Positions 29,010 through 38,530 of a stretch of DNA of 64,000 nucleotides are shown in pieces. This DNA is from Halieaceae bacterium (lineage in GTDB: Bacteria > Pseudomonadota > Gammaproteobacteria > Pseudomonadales > Halieaceae). The notes beneath the pieces were generated by a model. The model did no database searches and was not told the DNA's origin. It saw nothing but the letters and a program-made list of their open reading frames with translations. The translations under genes were made by a program, and so were the position numbers. How positions within the stretch are numbered: the stretch's first letter is position 1; each line of letters begins with the position of its first letter. Where the stretch lies: positions 6,385-70,384 of the forward strand of contig JADGEN010000003.1 in NCBI GenBank assembly GCA_016744355.1, given 5' to 3'.

Positions 29010-29126
29010 ACTACACAAAGGATTGTTAAGTTACTTAATAGGACGTAAACTTTTTTTCTTTATTAAGTAGTGATAACGTTGTTTTTTTAAAACTGACACC
29101 CTAAATAACACTAATGGAGTAATTAT

Positions 29127-29576
29127 ATGAAAGCTAGTACGAGTATTTGGCTACCTCTCGTCGTATCCCTGTTTTTTTCAACGCAGGCCTTTTCGGATGA
29201 TAAGCAACCTACACCAGAAGAAAGAGCCTATGAGTTTCGTCACTCCATATTTGAAACATTTGCCTGGAAAATGGGGCAATTAGTCGGTGCTAAGATGAAA
29301 AACGATGCGGCTGGATTTAAGAAGCATGCTACAGATTTAGAGTATCTGGCATCTATGCTCGAAGAAGGTTTCCAGATAGAGAATAGTATTCCTGAGGGTT
29401 CAATTGCTAAACCAGAAATCTGGGATGACTTTTCCAAATTTGAAGAGAAAGCGAATGGCCTTCGAACAGCGGCGGGCAGTTTGACTAAAGACGGCGCCAT
29501 GGACAGTTTCAATCCGCGTGACTTTGGTAGTAAAAACTGCGGTGGCTGTCATCGTGACTTCAAAGTGAAAGACTAA
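29127..29576 (+). CDS. cytochrome c' / class II c-type cytochrome
   Basis: Signal peptide, a four-helix-bundle-sized protein (149 aa), and a single C-terminal haem motif CGGCH. Confidence 0.75.
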   Translation: MKASTSIWLPLVVSLFFSTQAFSDDKQPTPEERAYEFRHSIFETFAWKMGQLVGAKMKNDAAGFKKHATDLEYLASMLEEGFQIENSIPEGSIAKPEIWDDFSKFEEKANGLRTAAGSLTKDGAMDSFNPRDFGSKNCGGCHRDFKVKD

Positions 29577-29593
29577 GGGTTATGGTTATCGCC

Positions 29594-30289
29594 TCAATAA
29601 AAGTCGTATTCCGCGGAGCTCTCTTCGGAATCAATTGAGGCGTTTGACAGTAGGTAGACTCCGCTCGCACAAAAACCAATAATAATTGCGGCTAGTATTA
29701 ATTTGGAACTGGTTATCGGCTTTTGAACTTCACCCTTTGCCAGTTTTCCCCCTGTAAACATCGCACCTATCAGCTTTTCCTTTTTGACAACCCGGTAGAA
29801 TACAATCGCTGCTACATGTAGTGCTATCAATACTGTAATGATATCGAAGTTTAGGTGGTGAATTTCAGTAATAGTTGAAGCGGTCGCACTACTTACCAGT
29901 CCATATAAAGGCCCAAAATAATAATCATCAGTACTAAATAGTCCAGTCGATACCTGAATTAATATAAAGGCTAGCAATGCAAGAACCGAGAGTCCTCCTG
30001 CCGGGTTATGACCGAGATACTGTTTTCTGGCTTTACCTGATGGGTTTCTAAAGTAGGATACAACTTCGGATAACGGATAAATAAAATTAGTGAACCGAGC
30101 ATAATGAGTGCCGACAAAACCCCAGACGATACGAAATAGCACCAAGGTTAAAGCACAGTAGCCCGCAATAAAATGCTGGTTAAGATCTTCTAATATCTCC
30201 ATGGCATACCATGAGTACGCAATCGCCGCGACCAATAACCAATGGAACAGCCGAACAGGGATATCCCAAATAAAAATTTTGCGTTGCAT
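29594..30289 (-). CDS. cytochrome b561-family membrane dihaem cytochrome
   Basis: N-terminus IWDIPVRLFHWLLVAAIAYSWY, four TM helices and conserved His residues (HW..., GHNPAGG, HH..., H...) as in PF01292. Confidence 0.8.
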   Translation of the reverse strand: MQRKIFIWDIPVRLFHWLLVAAIAYSWYAMEILEDLNQHFIAGYCALTLVLFRIVWGFVGTHYARFTNFIYPLSEVVSYFRNPSGKARKQYLGHNPAGGLSVLALLAFILIQVSTGLFSTDDYYFGPLYGLVSSATASTITEIHHLNFDIITVLIALHVAAIVFYRVVKKEKLIGAMFTGGKLAKGEVQKPITSSKLILAAIIIGFCASGVYLLSNASIDSEESSAEYDFY

Positions 30290-30491
30290 TAGTTTATTTA
30301 CCTAAAAGATTATAAAAGGTGCAGTTAACTTATCTGATGTGTCAGAACTTGCCAAGCTTATTGATATGCCCATTGATGAGCATGGATTCAACGGATAACT
30401 GAACCAACGCACGGTTGCTTTCCGTAAGCTCGAGGACAGTAGGCTTGGTCGGCCCCTTAGTGAGGCGGCGGGGCCTCTCGTTTCTCCAGGC

Positions 30492-30514
30492 AAGAAAAAC
30501 CCCCAGAAAGGGGG
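30492..30514 (-). terminator. possible terminator downstream of the usp gene
   Basis: On the minus strand, CCCCC-tttct-GGGGG is followed by TTTTTCTT. The stem is only 5 bp. Confidence 0.35.
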
Positions 30515-30565
30515 CATAAATATAGAGATAATGCATTTTCGCTAGAATCAGGGTGACGTGAGCGA

Positions 30566-31378
30566 TCAGGGAATAGCCAGCAAGTCACACTCTAGATCAT
30601 CGAGAATCTTTTCCGCTGTATTGCTGTTTACCGCGGCAGAAAATCCGGAGCGCGCGGAGTTACCAATAACCACCAGATTGGCGCCCACTTCACTGGCGGT
30701 CTTGACAATCATCTTGCCCGGATCGCCCATCTTGATGTGAACATTATCAGTGTCGACGCCGCAGGCTCTTATCATCGAACCCCTGTCAGGCCGGCTGGCC
30801 AGATCCTTGTGGGCGTTGACGAAATGCAGTTCGGCGTCCTTGGTGCCCACATACCGGCGACAGAAGTCGAGTATATTGGCGTTGATCTCTTCGTAGTGAT
30901 CCTTCTCGCCCCGCAGATCAACAGCGGCAAGGACTTTACGTCCTTCTCCGGAGGGTCGGTCTTTCACCAGTAACACCGGACATTCGCACTGCCGTATCAG
31001 GGTCCAGTCCGATGTCTTTTTGAGCATGCGTTGGGTGGCGGAATGCTTGTGGGACGCTTTGAGTACCGCTTCAACGCCGCTGTTTTTTGATGCATCAACA
31101 ACTGCCTGATACCAGTTCTTGTCCCATTCTATTGCCGTGGTGACCTGCAGTCCTTGCTCGACCAGATGCTTGGTGGCATCGTCCAGTATCTCCTGTTGTA
31201 AAGCGATCAGCCTTTCGATTTCGCTGTCTTTGTCCGTAGCCCCATCCAGATCATTGTAGATACAGGAAAACAGATGGATGGTACTCCCTTCATTCGCAGC
31301 TATCAGTGCAGCCCTTTCCAAGGCGGGTTGATAATCTGACGTGGGATCGTATACGACGAGGATCTTGCTTACCTGCAT
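30566..31378 (-). CDS. tandem universal stress protein (UspE-like)
   Basis: 270 aa with two Usp domains (ILVVYDP...; VLAAVDL...GNSARSGF...G..AEKILDDLECDLL). Confidence 0.85.
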   Translation of the reverse strand: MQVSKILVVYDPTSDYQPALERAALIAANEGSTIHLFSCIYNDLDGATDKDSEIERLIALQQEILDDATKHLVEQGLQVTTAIEWDKNWYQAVVDASKNSGVEAVLKASHKHSATQRMLKKTSDWTLIRQCECPVLLVKDRPSGEGRKVLAAVDLRGEKDHYEEINANILDFCRRYVGTKDAELHFVNAHKDLASRPDRGSMIRACGVDTDNVHIKMGDPGKMIVKTASEVGANLVVIGNSARSGFSAAVNSNTAEKILDDLECDLLAIP

Positions 31379-31791
31379 GACAATACTCCAGTGATTGGCT
31401 CTGAATTAGAGATCGCCATTTTTCCAGCAATCAGTCCCATTGACTATACATTTCGGCTAGTTGCTGTATCCAATCGGGTTGCGCTTGATTCAGGTCAAGC
31501 GCTCTCCACCCAAATGGGGCGGGTTGATGTCGAAAGTATAGGAGGCTGCGCACGTGCAGTAGGGCTCCAGCATCACTGCCGGCGCTACGTTGACGCCATG
31601 GTTCATTACTGCGGCAACAACTATCCTTTTAGCGGGCAGGCCACTATAATCGAACGCTCTGAACTGTATATTCGCATGGCGCGCAGCGCGGCTATCCCCT
31701 CACATATATCATGGTGTTTCTCCCCGCGATCAAACTTAGGTAGTGGACCGGTACTAATGGCCAACGACACGAAATTACAGGGCAGCATGGC

Positions 31792-33318
31792 ATGAGAGTA
31801 GGGCTATCAAGAATCTCTTTTATTGCTGCAGCTGTGTTGTTGCAGGCCTGTACTACGCTGGGTCCGGATTACTCAGAACCTGATGTTGAATGGGTAGACG
31901 AGTGGCAAACCAGTTTGTACGGCCAGGTGGATGAACAAATAAAGGAACCGGTAGCCGAGGATTTGGATTTTTGGTGGCACGCATTTAATGATCCGGTGTT
32001 GAATGATTTAATCGATATAGCCAGACGGGAAAATCCCGGTTTACGCGTAGCGGGTTTGGCAATAGCTGAGAGCAGGGCGCTGATGGGTATAGCCACGGGC
32101 AGTCAGTATCCCCAGGTACAACAAGCGACCGGTAGTGCTGCCAGAGTGGATAGCTGGCAAACGCAAGGCAATAACTCCGGGGATCACAGTGACCTCAACA
32201 ATTATAATCTTGGTTTTAATGTCGGTTGGGAAGCAGATTTTTGGGGTCGTTATCAACGCAGTATTGAGTCTGCCGATGCCGCCTTCTTTTCCTCTGTTAC
32301 CAATCAACAAAATGCCCAGGTGCTGTTGAGTGCACAGGTGGCGCAAGCCTATTTTTCCTATCGCACCACTGCGCAGCAAATAGAAATAGCCAAGACCAAT
32401 GCCGGGCTACAAAAGCGCAGTCTCGAGATTACCGAGAAACTATACGATAGCGGCCAGGATTCGGAACTCGACCTGCAACAAGCTAAAACGCAGTATTTGG
32501 CGACGCTCGCTACCATTCCCAGCCTGCAAATTAGCCTGCAGCAACTTAGCAACGCCCTGGGGGCGCTGCTGGCTCGTCCACCAGGAGACATGCCTGAGTT
32601 GGAAGGAGAAGCGCAGGAACTGCCTGAACTCAATGCGCTGATGATTCATGAAATACCGGGGCGCCTATTGATGCGCAGACCGGATATTCGCACTGCCGCC
32701 TGGCAGGTGGCAGCCCAGTCGGCACAGATTGGCGTTGCCAGGGCAGATCTTTATCCCTCGATTTCCCTGTTTGGGTCGCTGGGATGGTCCGGTAATTCTC
32801 TGGGCTCCACGGTGGATACAGCTACTCTTGGAGTGGGCCCCAGTTTTACCTGGAACCTGTTCAACTATGGCCGAATTGAAAACAACGTGCGGGTGCAGGA
32901 TTCTCGCCTGCAACAGGCCATAGAAAATTACCAGAACACGGTTTTGCAGGCGGCGCGTGAAATTGATGATGCTGCAATCAGCGTGGTCAAGACGCATGAG
33001 CAGGGTGAAATACTGTCCGATGCTTTGGCGGCCGCGGAGAGGTCTCTCACCCTTTCGACCTCCCGGTATCGTGAGGGCTATTCGGATTTCAATCGGGTAT
33101 TGGATGCGCAGCGTGCACTGGCGGCGCAGTCCAACAGCGTTGTCGGAAATCAGGGTGCTCACATCAATGCTGTCATTGCGTTTTACAAGTCGTTGGGTGG
33201 CGGCTGGGAAGAAGCGACCACCGAGCAACTGATACCCGAGGCCACTCGTCAAATTATGGAGCAACGGACAGATTGGGGCGACTTGCTCACGGCCCCCCAA
33301 CCTGAACCACCCGAATAG
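31792..33318 (+). CDS. efflux outer-membrane factor lipoprotein (NodT family)
   Basis: Lipobox LLQAC. Also WW..FNDPVLNDLI, the repeated OEP domains and the terminal YKSLGGGW motif. Confidence 0.9.
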   Translation: MRVGLSRISFIAAAVLLQACTTLGPDYSEPDVEWVDEWQTSLYGQVDEQIKEPVAEDLDFWWHAFNDPVLNDLIDIARRENPGLRVAGLAIAESRALMGIATGSQYPQVQQATGSAARVDSWQTQGNNSGDHSDLNNYNLGFNVGWEADFWGRYQRSIESADAAFFSSVTNQQNAQVLLSAQVAQAYFSYRTTAQQIEIAKTNAGLQKRSLEITEKLYDSGQDSELDLQQAKTQYLATLATIPSLQISLQQLSNALGALLARPPGDMPELEGEAQELPELNALMIHEIPGRLLMRRPDIRTAAWQVAAQSAQIGVARADLYPSISLFGSLGWSGNSLGSTVDTATLGVGPSFTWNLFNYGRIENNVRVQDSRLQQAIENYQNTVLQAAREIDDAAISVVKTHEQGEILSDALAAAERSLTLSTSRYREGYSDFNRVLDAQRALAAQSNSVVGNQGAHINAVIAFYKSLGGGWEEATTEQLIPEATRQIMEQRTDWGDLLTAPQPEPPE

Positions 33319-33326
33319 ACAAAAGG

Positions 33327-34499
33327 TTGTATGAAATGAATAACCCAGAATCCACTGTGGAAAAGACCGAAGCTGAAATACCGGAAGCTGAAGCAGGCGA
33401 TGCTGTAGGGCAAGAGTCGGCAGAAAACACGGTTAAGCGTGGGGGGCTGGTTGTAGCCAGTTTAATTATTCTAAGCCTTTGCTGGTATCTGCTTGCAGAT
33501 CGCTATACGCCCTACACAGACCAGGCACGGGTTCGAGGCTATGTTGTAGGGGTGGCACCACAGGTTGCGGGTATTGTTCGCGATGTGTCGGTAAAGAACA
33601 ACCAGCAGGTAGAGGAGGGAGACCAGCTCTTTCGTATCGATCCCAGCCAGTATGAAATTGCACTCACCAAAGCCCGCTCAGATCTGGAAAATGCGAAGCG
33701 TCAGGTTGATGCCGGGGATGCAGCTGTAGAAGCGGCCAGGGCAAATTTGCGCGCGGCGCAGGCCAATCAGGTCAAAGCCGAACAAGACACCGTTCGCCTG
33801 ACTCGCTTGCGTAAGGAGGACCCAGGTACAATTTCTACACGGAGGGTTGAAATTTCGCGCGCTACGCTGGATCAGTCGATTGCATCGGTTGCAGCTGCGG
33901 AATCTAATATTCAGCAGGCCATTGAGCAAAAAGGCGGGGATGATGATGACAATTCACAAATCAAGGTGGCGCAAGCCGCTGTTGAAAAAGCTGAATTGGA
34001 CTTGGAGCGCACAGTTGTCAAAGCATCTTCTCGCGGTGTAATAACGGATTTACGTGCTGATATAGGGCTATATGCGGGAGCGGGTAGTCCTGTATTAACG
34101 CTGGTGGCATTGAGTGATGTCTGGGTGCGGGCTGAGTATACTGAAAATAACCTGGGGCGAATTCGCATTGGTACCGAAGTTGATGTCCTGGTTGACGTGA
34201 TGCCGGGTCGGGTTTTCAAGGGTGAAATCACCAGTATCGGATTGGGTGTAAGTACCGGCCAGACTCCGGTTCCTGGCACATTACCCACCATAGACAATAA
34301 TCGCGATTGGCTTCGCCAATCACAGCGCTTTCCTGTCAATATAAAACTGGACCCCAGCCAGCAGAAAGAACTATACGGACAGTTGCGCATTGGCGGTCAG
34401 GTTTCAGTGATGGCTTATGCAGAAGGCTCTGGTGGTCCCCTGGCCTGGTTAGGGAAAATCTACATACGCCTTATGAGCGTGCTCTCCTATGCCTATTGA
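33327..34499 (+). CDS. HlyD/EmrA-type membrane fusion protein
   Basis: One N-terminal TM helix, a lipoyl-like motif (V.GIVRDVSVKNNQQVEEGDQLFRIDP), a long coiled-coil hairpin and a beta-barrel (VKASSRGVITD). Confidence 0.85.
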   Translation: MYEMNNPESTVEKTEAEIPEAEAGDAVGQESAENTVKRGGLVVASLIILSLCWYLLADRYTPYTDQARVRGYVVGVAPQVAGIVRDVSVKNNQQVEEGDQLFRIDPSQYEIALTKARSDLENAKRQVDAGDAAVEAARANLRAAQANQVKAEQDTVRLTRLRKEDPGTISTRRVEISRATLDQSIASVAAAESNIQQAIEQKGGDDDDNSQIKVAQAAVEKAELDLERTVVKASSRGVITDLRADIGLYAGAGSPVLTLVALSDVWVRAEYTENNLGRIRIGTEVDVLVDVMPGRVFKGEITSIGLGVSTGQTPVPGTLPTIDNNRDWLRQSQRFPVNIKLDPSQQKELYGQLRIGGQVSVMAYAEGSGGPLAWLGKIYIRLMSVLSYAY

Positions 34500-34518
34500 G
34501 CGGCATCGGTACTGAGAT

Positions 34519-35553
34519 ATGGATATTGGGGCCAGACGAGTATTTCGTCTTAGTCTGACGACAAGCATTACACTGGCTGTCGCCTACGGCATGGCCCTGG
34601 ATATGCCTTATATTGCACCGCTGTTTGCGTTCATGTTGTCAGCCGCACCCAAACCACCGATGGGTCTTAAGGGGCTTTTAGGCTTGGCTCTGGTTCTCAC
34701 GCTGACACTGAGCATTGGGTTATTACTCACTCCTATACTAAACAATTATACGGCGGCTGGCCTGATGCTGGTGCTGCTGGCTCTGTTTTTCTGCAACTAC
34801 CTTTCCCTAAACCTCGGCAAGGGCATGGTTGGAACTCTGTTGACCATTGGAGTGACGATGATTTCAGCAGCGGGCATGATGGGGCTTAGTGTCGCCAGTG
34901 CCCTGATCGATGCATTGGTTGTCGGCGCTGTGCTGGGTGTGCTTTGCCAGTGGATAGTGTACCCACTGTTTCCGGAAGATGGGCCACCACCCGCGCCGCC
35001 ACCCCCCACGCCTCCGGAGCAATCCAGTTGGTTGGCCCTGCGAGCTTCGCTGATTGTTTTTCCCAGTTTCTTATTGGTCTTGGTCAACCCCGCGGCTTAT
35101 CTTCCTATTATCATGAAGTCGGTGTCTCTGGGACAACAGACTTCTTCCATTGATGCTCGCTTTGCCGGCCGGGAATTATTGGGTTCGACCTTCATGGGAG
35201 GATTGTTTGCGGTACTGTTTTGGGCAGGCCTTAGTATGAAGCCTAACCTGTGGATGTTTTTCCTGTGGATGTTGGTGTTTATGATTTTTGTCACCTCGAA
35301 ATTTTATGGTGTGCTCGCAAGCCGATACCCGCCATCGTTCTGGCAAAATGTTGTGATAACGCTGCTGATTCTTTTGGGGCCCGCAGTGGCAGATAGTGCT
35401 TCGGGTAAAGACGTGTACAAGGCATTCGCTGTACGCATGGGTTTATTTATCGCGGTAACGGTTTATGCCTGGGCGGCGGTTGTGGTCCTGGATCGTATGC
35501 ACCATATAAAGAAGCAACGGCAGAGCATGAACAACCCGTCTTTGTATGACTGA
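34519..35553 (+). CDS. DUF2955/FUSC-related half-size inner-membrane protein (putative efflux pump component)
   Basis: 344 aa and polytopic, with a Pro-rich central loop (PEDGPPPAPPPPTPPE). Its position as the third gene after OMF and HlyD, and its resemblance to the N-terminal half of FUSC/AaeB-type proteins, support the call. This is from memory. Confidence 0.6.
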   Translation: MDIGARRVFRLSLTTSITLAVAYGMALDMPYIAPLFAFMLSAAPKPPMGLKGLLGLALVLTLTLSIGLLLTPILNNYTAAGLMLVLLALFFCNYLSLNLGKGMVGTLLTIGVTMISAAGMMGLSVASALIDALVVGAVLGVLCQWIVYPLFPEDGPPPAPPPPTPPEQSSWLALRASLIVFPSFLLVLVNPAAYLPIIMKSVSLGQQTSSIDARFAGRELLGSTFMGGLFAVLFWAGLSMKPNLWMFFLWMLVFMIFVTSKFYGVLASRYPPSFWQNVVITLLILLGPAVADSASGKDVYKAFAVRMGLFIAVTVYAWAAVVVLDRMHHIKKQRQSMNNPSLYD

Positions 35554-35641
35554 AGAGTAGTAATAAAACGGAAAGCATTGAAAGGCAGCTATTCTCTTCT
35601 ATAATCCTATAAGTTCGAAAAATAATTCCCAAGGAGCAATA

Positions 35642-37135
35642 ATGAAAAACATCCTACGCAGAATGGTACTCGCCACGGCGGTACTTCTAGGCTCCAGCTT
35701 TACACTGGCGCAAGAAAAACCAAACATACTGATTATCTGGGGCGACGACATTGGCCCCTATAATGTCAGCGCCTACAACATGGGTCGCATGGGCTACAAG
35801 ACGCCTAATATCGATCGCATCGCGAGCGAGGGCATTATCTTCACGGACTCTTATGGCGACCAGAGCTGTACGGCGGGGCGCGCTGGGTTCATTACCGGAC
35901 AACACCCTATGCGCACAGGGATGACCAAGGTGGGTCTTCCCGGCGCAAAAGAGGGCTTGCAGGTTGAAGATCCAACAATCGCAGTTGTGCTGAAGTCTCT
36001 TGGCTATGCCACGGGCCAGTTTGGCAAGAATCACTTGGGCGATCTCGACGAGCATTTGCCCACCAACCATGGCTTTGATGAATTTTTCGGCAATTTATAC
36101 CACCTGAATGCCGAGGAAGAGCCCGAGCACCCCGATTACCCGAAAGACCCTGCATTTCACAAACAGTGGGGGCCTAGAGGTGTGATACACAGTTTTGCCG
36201 ATGGAAAAATTGAAGACACAGGCCCGCTCACCAAAAAGAGGATGGAAACAGCGGACGATGAGTTTCTTGCGGCCGGCCTTAAATTTATCGATAAGGCGCA
36301 CGCAGCAAAGAAGCCCTTTTTCGTCTGGTTTAACTCAACCCGCATGCACGTGTGGACAAGACTCAAGCCAGAGTCACGTGGTGTAACCGGCCAGGGGCTA
36401 TACGCCGATGGCATGGTGGAGCACGACGGTCACGTGGGGCAATTGCTGGCCAAGTTGGAAGAACTAGGTATCGCCGACAACACTATCGTAATGTACTCTA
36501 CTGACAATGGCGCTGAACTGGCTCTGTGGCCAGATGGCGGCTACACGCCTTATCGCGGTGAAAAGAACTCCAACTGGGAGGGAGGATATCGCGTTCCCAT
36601 GATGGTTCGCTGGCCTGCTCAGATTAAAGCTGGACAAATATCCAATGAGATTATCGCCATGATGGATTGGATGCCAACGCTTGTAGCAGCCGCAGGTAAC
36701 GATAATATCAAAGCGCAACTAAAGTCCGGTACCAGAGTCGATGGCAAGAAATATAAGGTGCACCTGGACGGTTACAATTTCCTACCTTACTTCACAGGAG
36801 AGGTCGATACGGGGCCACGTAAGGAGTTTATTTACACATCAGATACCGGTGATATTGTCGGCTACCGCATGGGCGATTACAAACTCGTCTTTAAAGAGCA
36901 GCGTGCCCACGGCTTCGCAGTATGGCAGGACCCCTATGTATCACTGCGCATGCCAAAAGTCTTCAACTTGAGAATGGACCCCTTCGAACGTATGGATCAC
37001 GAGGGGTCAGGTTACGATCAGTGGATGGGCGAGCATATGTTTTTGTTTGCTCCTGCGATGGCCGAGGTGATGAAGTTTAAAGCTACATTTAAGGACTTTC
37101 CACAGCGGCAGAAGCCGGGTTCGTTTGTGCCCTAG
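35642..37135 (+). CDS. arylsulfatase (Cys-type sulfatase family), secreted; paralogue of 15011..16579
   Basis: Signal peptide, then PNILIIWGDDIG, SCTAGRAGFITG and GKNHLGD. It is about 70% identical by eye to the other sulfatase over the first ~140 aligned residues. Confidence 0.9.
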   Translation: MKNILRRMVLATAVLLGSSFTLAQEKPNILIIWGDDIGPYNVSAYNMGRMGYKTPNIDRIASEGIIFTDSYGDQSCTAGRAGFITGQHPMRTGMTKVGLPGAKEGLQVEDPTIAVVLKSLGYATGQFGKNHLGDLDEHLPTNHGFDEFFGNLYHLNAEEEPEHPDYPKDPAFHKQWGPRGVIHSFADGKIEDTGPLTKKRMETADDEFLAAGLKFIDKAHAAKKPFFVWFNSTRMHVWTRLKPESRGVTGQGLYADGMVEHDGHVGQLLAKLEELGIADNTIVMYSTDNGAELALWPDGGYTPYRGEKNSNWEGGYRVPMMVRWPAQIKAGQISNEIIAMMDWMPTLVAAAGNDNIKAQLKSGTRVDGKKYKVHLDGYNFLPYFTGEVDTGPRKEFIYTSDTGDIVGYRMGDYKLVFKEQRAHGFAVWQDPYVSLRMPKVFNLRMDPFERMDHEGSGYDQWMGEHMFLFAPAMAEVMKFKATFKDFPQRQKPGSFVP

Positions 37136-37144
37136 GTAGTTTTG

Positions 37145-37180
37145 ACCAGTGAAGATGTCGGCACCTTCACTGGTTTTTTC
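37145..37180 (+). terminator. rho-independent terminator after sulfatase 2
   Basis: ACCAGTGAAG-atgtcggcac-CTTCACTGGT followed by TTTTTC. Confidence 0.75.
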
Positions 37181-37272
37181 GTCACTGAGATGGGAGCCTG
37201 TTCAAGCCGCCCATGAAATTTCATACGGGCCCATTCTGAAAGGAAGGCGCCCGGTTTCGCAGAGTACAAATT

Positions 37273-38466
37273 ATGCAAACCTGTGTGTTGAATTTTCTAT
37301 ACCGAAGCTGCGCTGTCCTATTGATCGCCAGTACACTGCCGCTTGCCAACGCTAAAGAAGAGCCTCGCCCACGCGCCCGAGAAGCAGGGCTAGTCGTCGG
37401 AGTATTCAAGACAGGCACGCTCAACTCCATAACTGATGTGTCCGGGGTTAGAGTGGGTCACTACACCAAGATAGAAGGCGATGACATACGCACAGGTGTC
37501 ACCGCCATCATTCCGGCGCCGGGTAACCTTTACACCAATCCCGTTCCCGCCTGGATTCACACCGCCAATGGCTACGGCAAGATGATAGGCGAAACTCAAG
37601 TGAGAGAGTTCGGCGAGATCGAAACCCCTATCCTGTTAACTTGTACTCTATGCGTCTGGAGTGCGGCAAATGCCTTAAAAGAATGGATGTATGAACAGCC
37701 GGGTATGGGCGAGCACACACTAAATCCGGTTGTTGGAGAAACCAATGATAGCCGTGTTAACAATATGTGGGCCGACCCCATTGGCAAGAAAGAAGTATAT
37801 GCAGCACTCGCTGCCGCCGCGACTGGTCTAGTGGCCGAGGGCAGCGTTGGTGCAGGTACGGGCACTCAAGCCTTTAGCTGGAAAGGCGGCATAGGGTCTA
37901 GCTCGAGAGTTCTACCCGCGCAACTCGGCGGTTACACCGTGGGGGTGCTGGTACAGACTAACTACGGTGGTGCATTAAACATGAATGGCGCGCCCATTGG
38001 TCGCGAACTGGGAGACTATTCCTTTAGAAAATTTCTGGAACCGGTGGCGGATAGCGATAAAGAAGATGGATCCATCATGATGGTGGTTGCTACGGATGCT
38101 CCGCTGAGTGCTTTAAACCTTGAGCGGGTGGCCAAACGAGCGATTATGGGCTTGGCTCGCACAGGTTCCTTCGCCAGCAATGGCTCCGGTGATTATGTGG
38201 TGGCGTTCTCTACCAATCCTGCTGTCCGCAAGCCGCGCACCAGCGACAAGCCGGTAGCTGTCAAGGTGCTTGTCAACGAATCCATGTCACCACTGTTCGC
38301 GGCAACGGCGGAGGCTACCGAAGAGGCGATCTACAACGCTATCTTCAAAGCCACCACTGTCAGCAGCTCGCGCGGCGAGTTAACCGCGATTCCTATAGAT
38401 GACCTGATGACTGTGCTAAAGAAATATCGCGCCTTGAATTGGGGCGAGTTAGTGGGCAAGGATTGA
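37273..38466 (+). CDS. P1/S58-family aminopeptidase (DmpA/L-aminopeptidase D-esterase-like), secreted
   Basis: Signal peptide plus the motifs GVRVGHYT, TGVTAI, GETNDS, GAGTG and VVATDAPL, which are typical of DmpA/BapA Ntn hydrolases. Confidence 0.85.
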   Translation: MQTCVLNFLYRSCAVLLIASTLPLANAKEEPRPRAREAGLVVGVFKTGTLNSITDVSGVRVGHYTKIEGDDIRTGVTAIIPAPGNLYTNPVPAWIHTANGYGKMIGETQVREFGEIETPILLTCTLCVWSAANALKEWMYEQPGMGEHTLNPVVGETNDSRVNNMWADPIGKKEVYAALAAAATGLVAEGSVGAGTGTQAFSWKGGIGSSSRVLPAQLGGYTVGVLVQTNYGGALNMNGAPIGRELGDYSFRKFLEPVADSDKEDGSIMMVVATDAPLSALNLERVAKRAIMGLARTGSFASNGSGDYVVAFSTNPAVRKPRTSDKPVAVKVLVNESMSPLFAATAEATEEAIYNAIFKATTVSSSRGELTAIPIDDLMTVLKKYRALNWGELVGKD

Positions 38467-38530
38467 ACCGCAACGCACAGAGGAGTGAGCTTTCGCGGCC
38501 TGGGTCAAGAACCTTGCTGGATACTAGGGA

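Noticed and set aside
30302-30536. Two overlapping 64-71-aa minus-strand ORFs in the b561/usp spacer
   Set aside because: No RBS, no family resemblance and mutually exclusive frames. The region more likely holds the usp terminator and the b561 promoter.
31391-31795. 134-aa ORF filling the usp/efflux spacer and ending in an ATGA overlap with the OMF gene
   Set aside because: GTG start without a convincing RBS, odd amino-acid composition, many rare codons and no recognisable family. It is kept only as part of the 'unexplained spacer' finding.
32665-33300. 211-aa minus-strand ORF inside the OMF gene
   Set aside because: It is antisense to a well-supported NodT-family gene, and no family features were seen.
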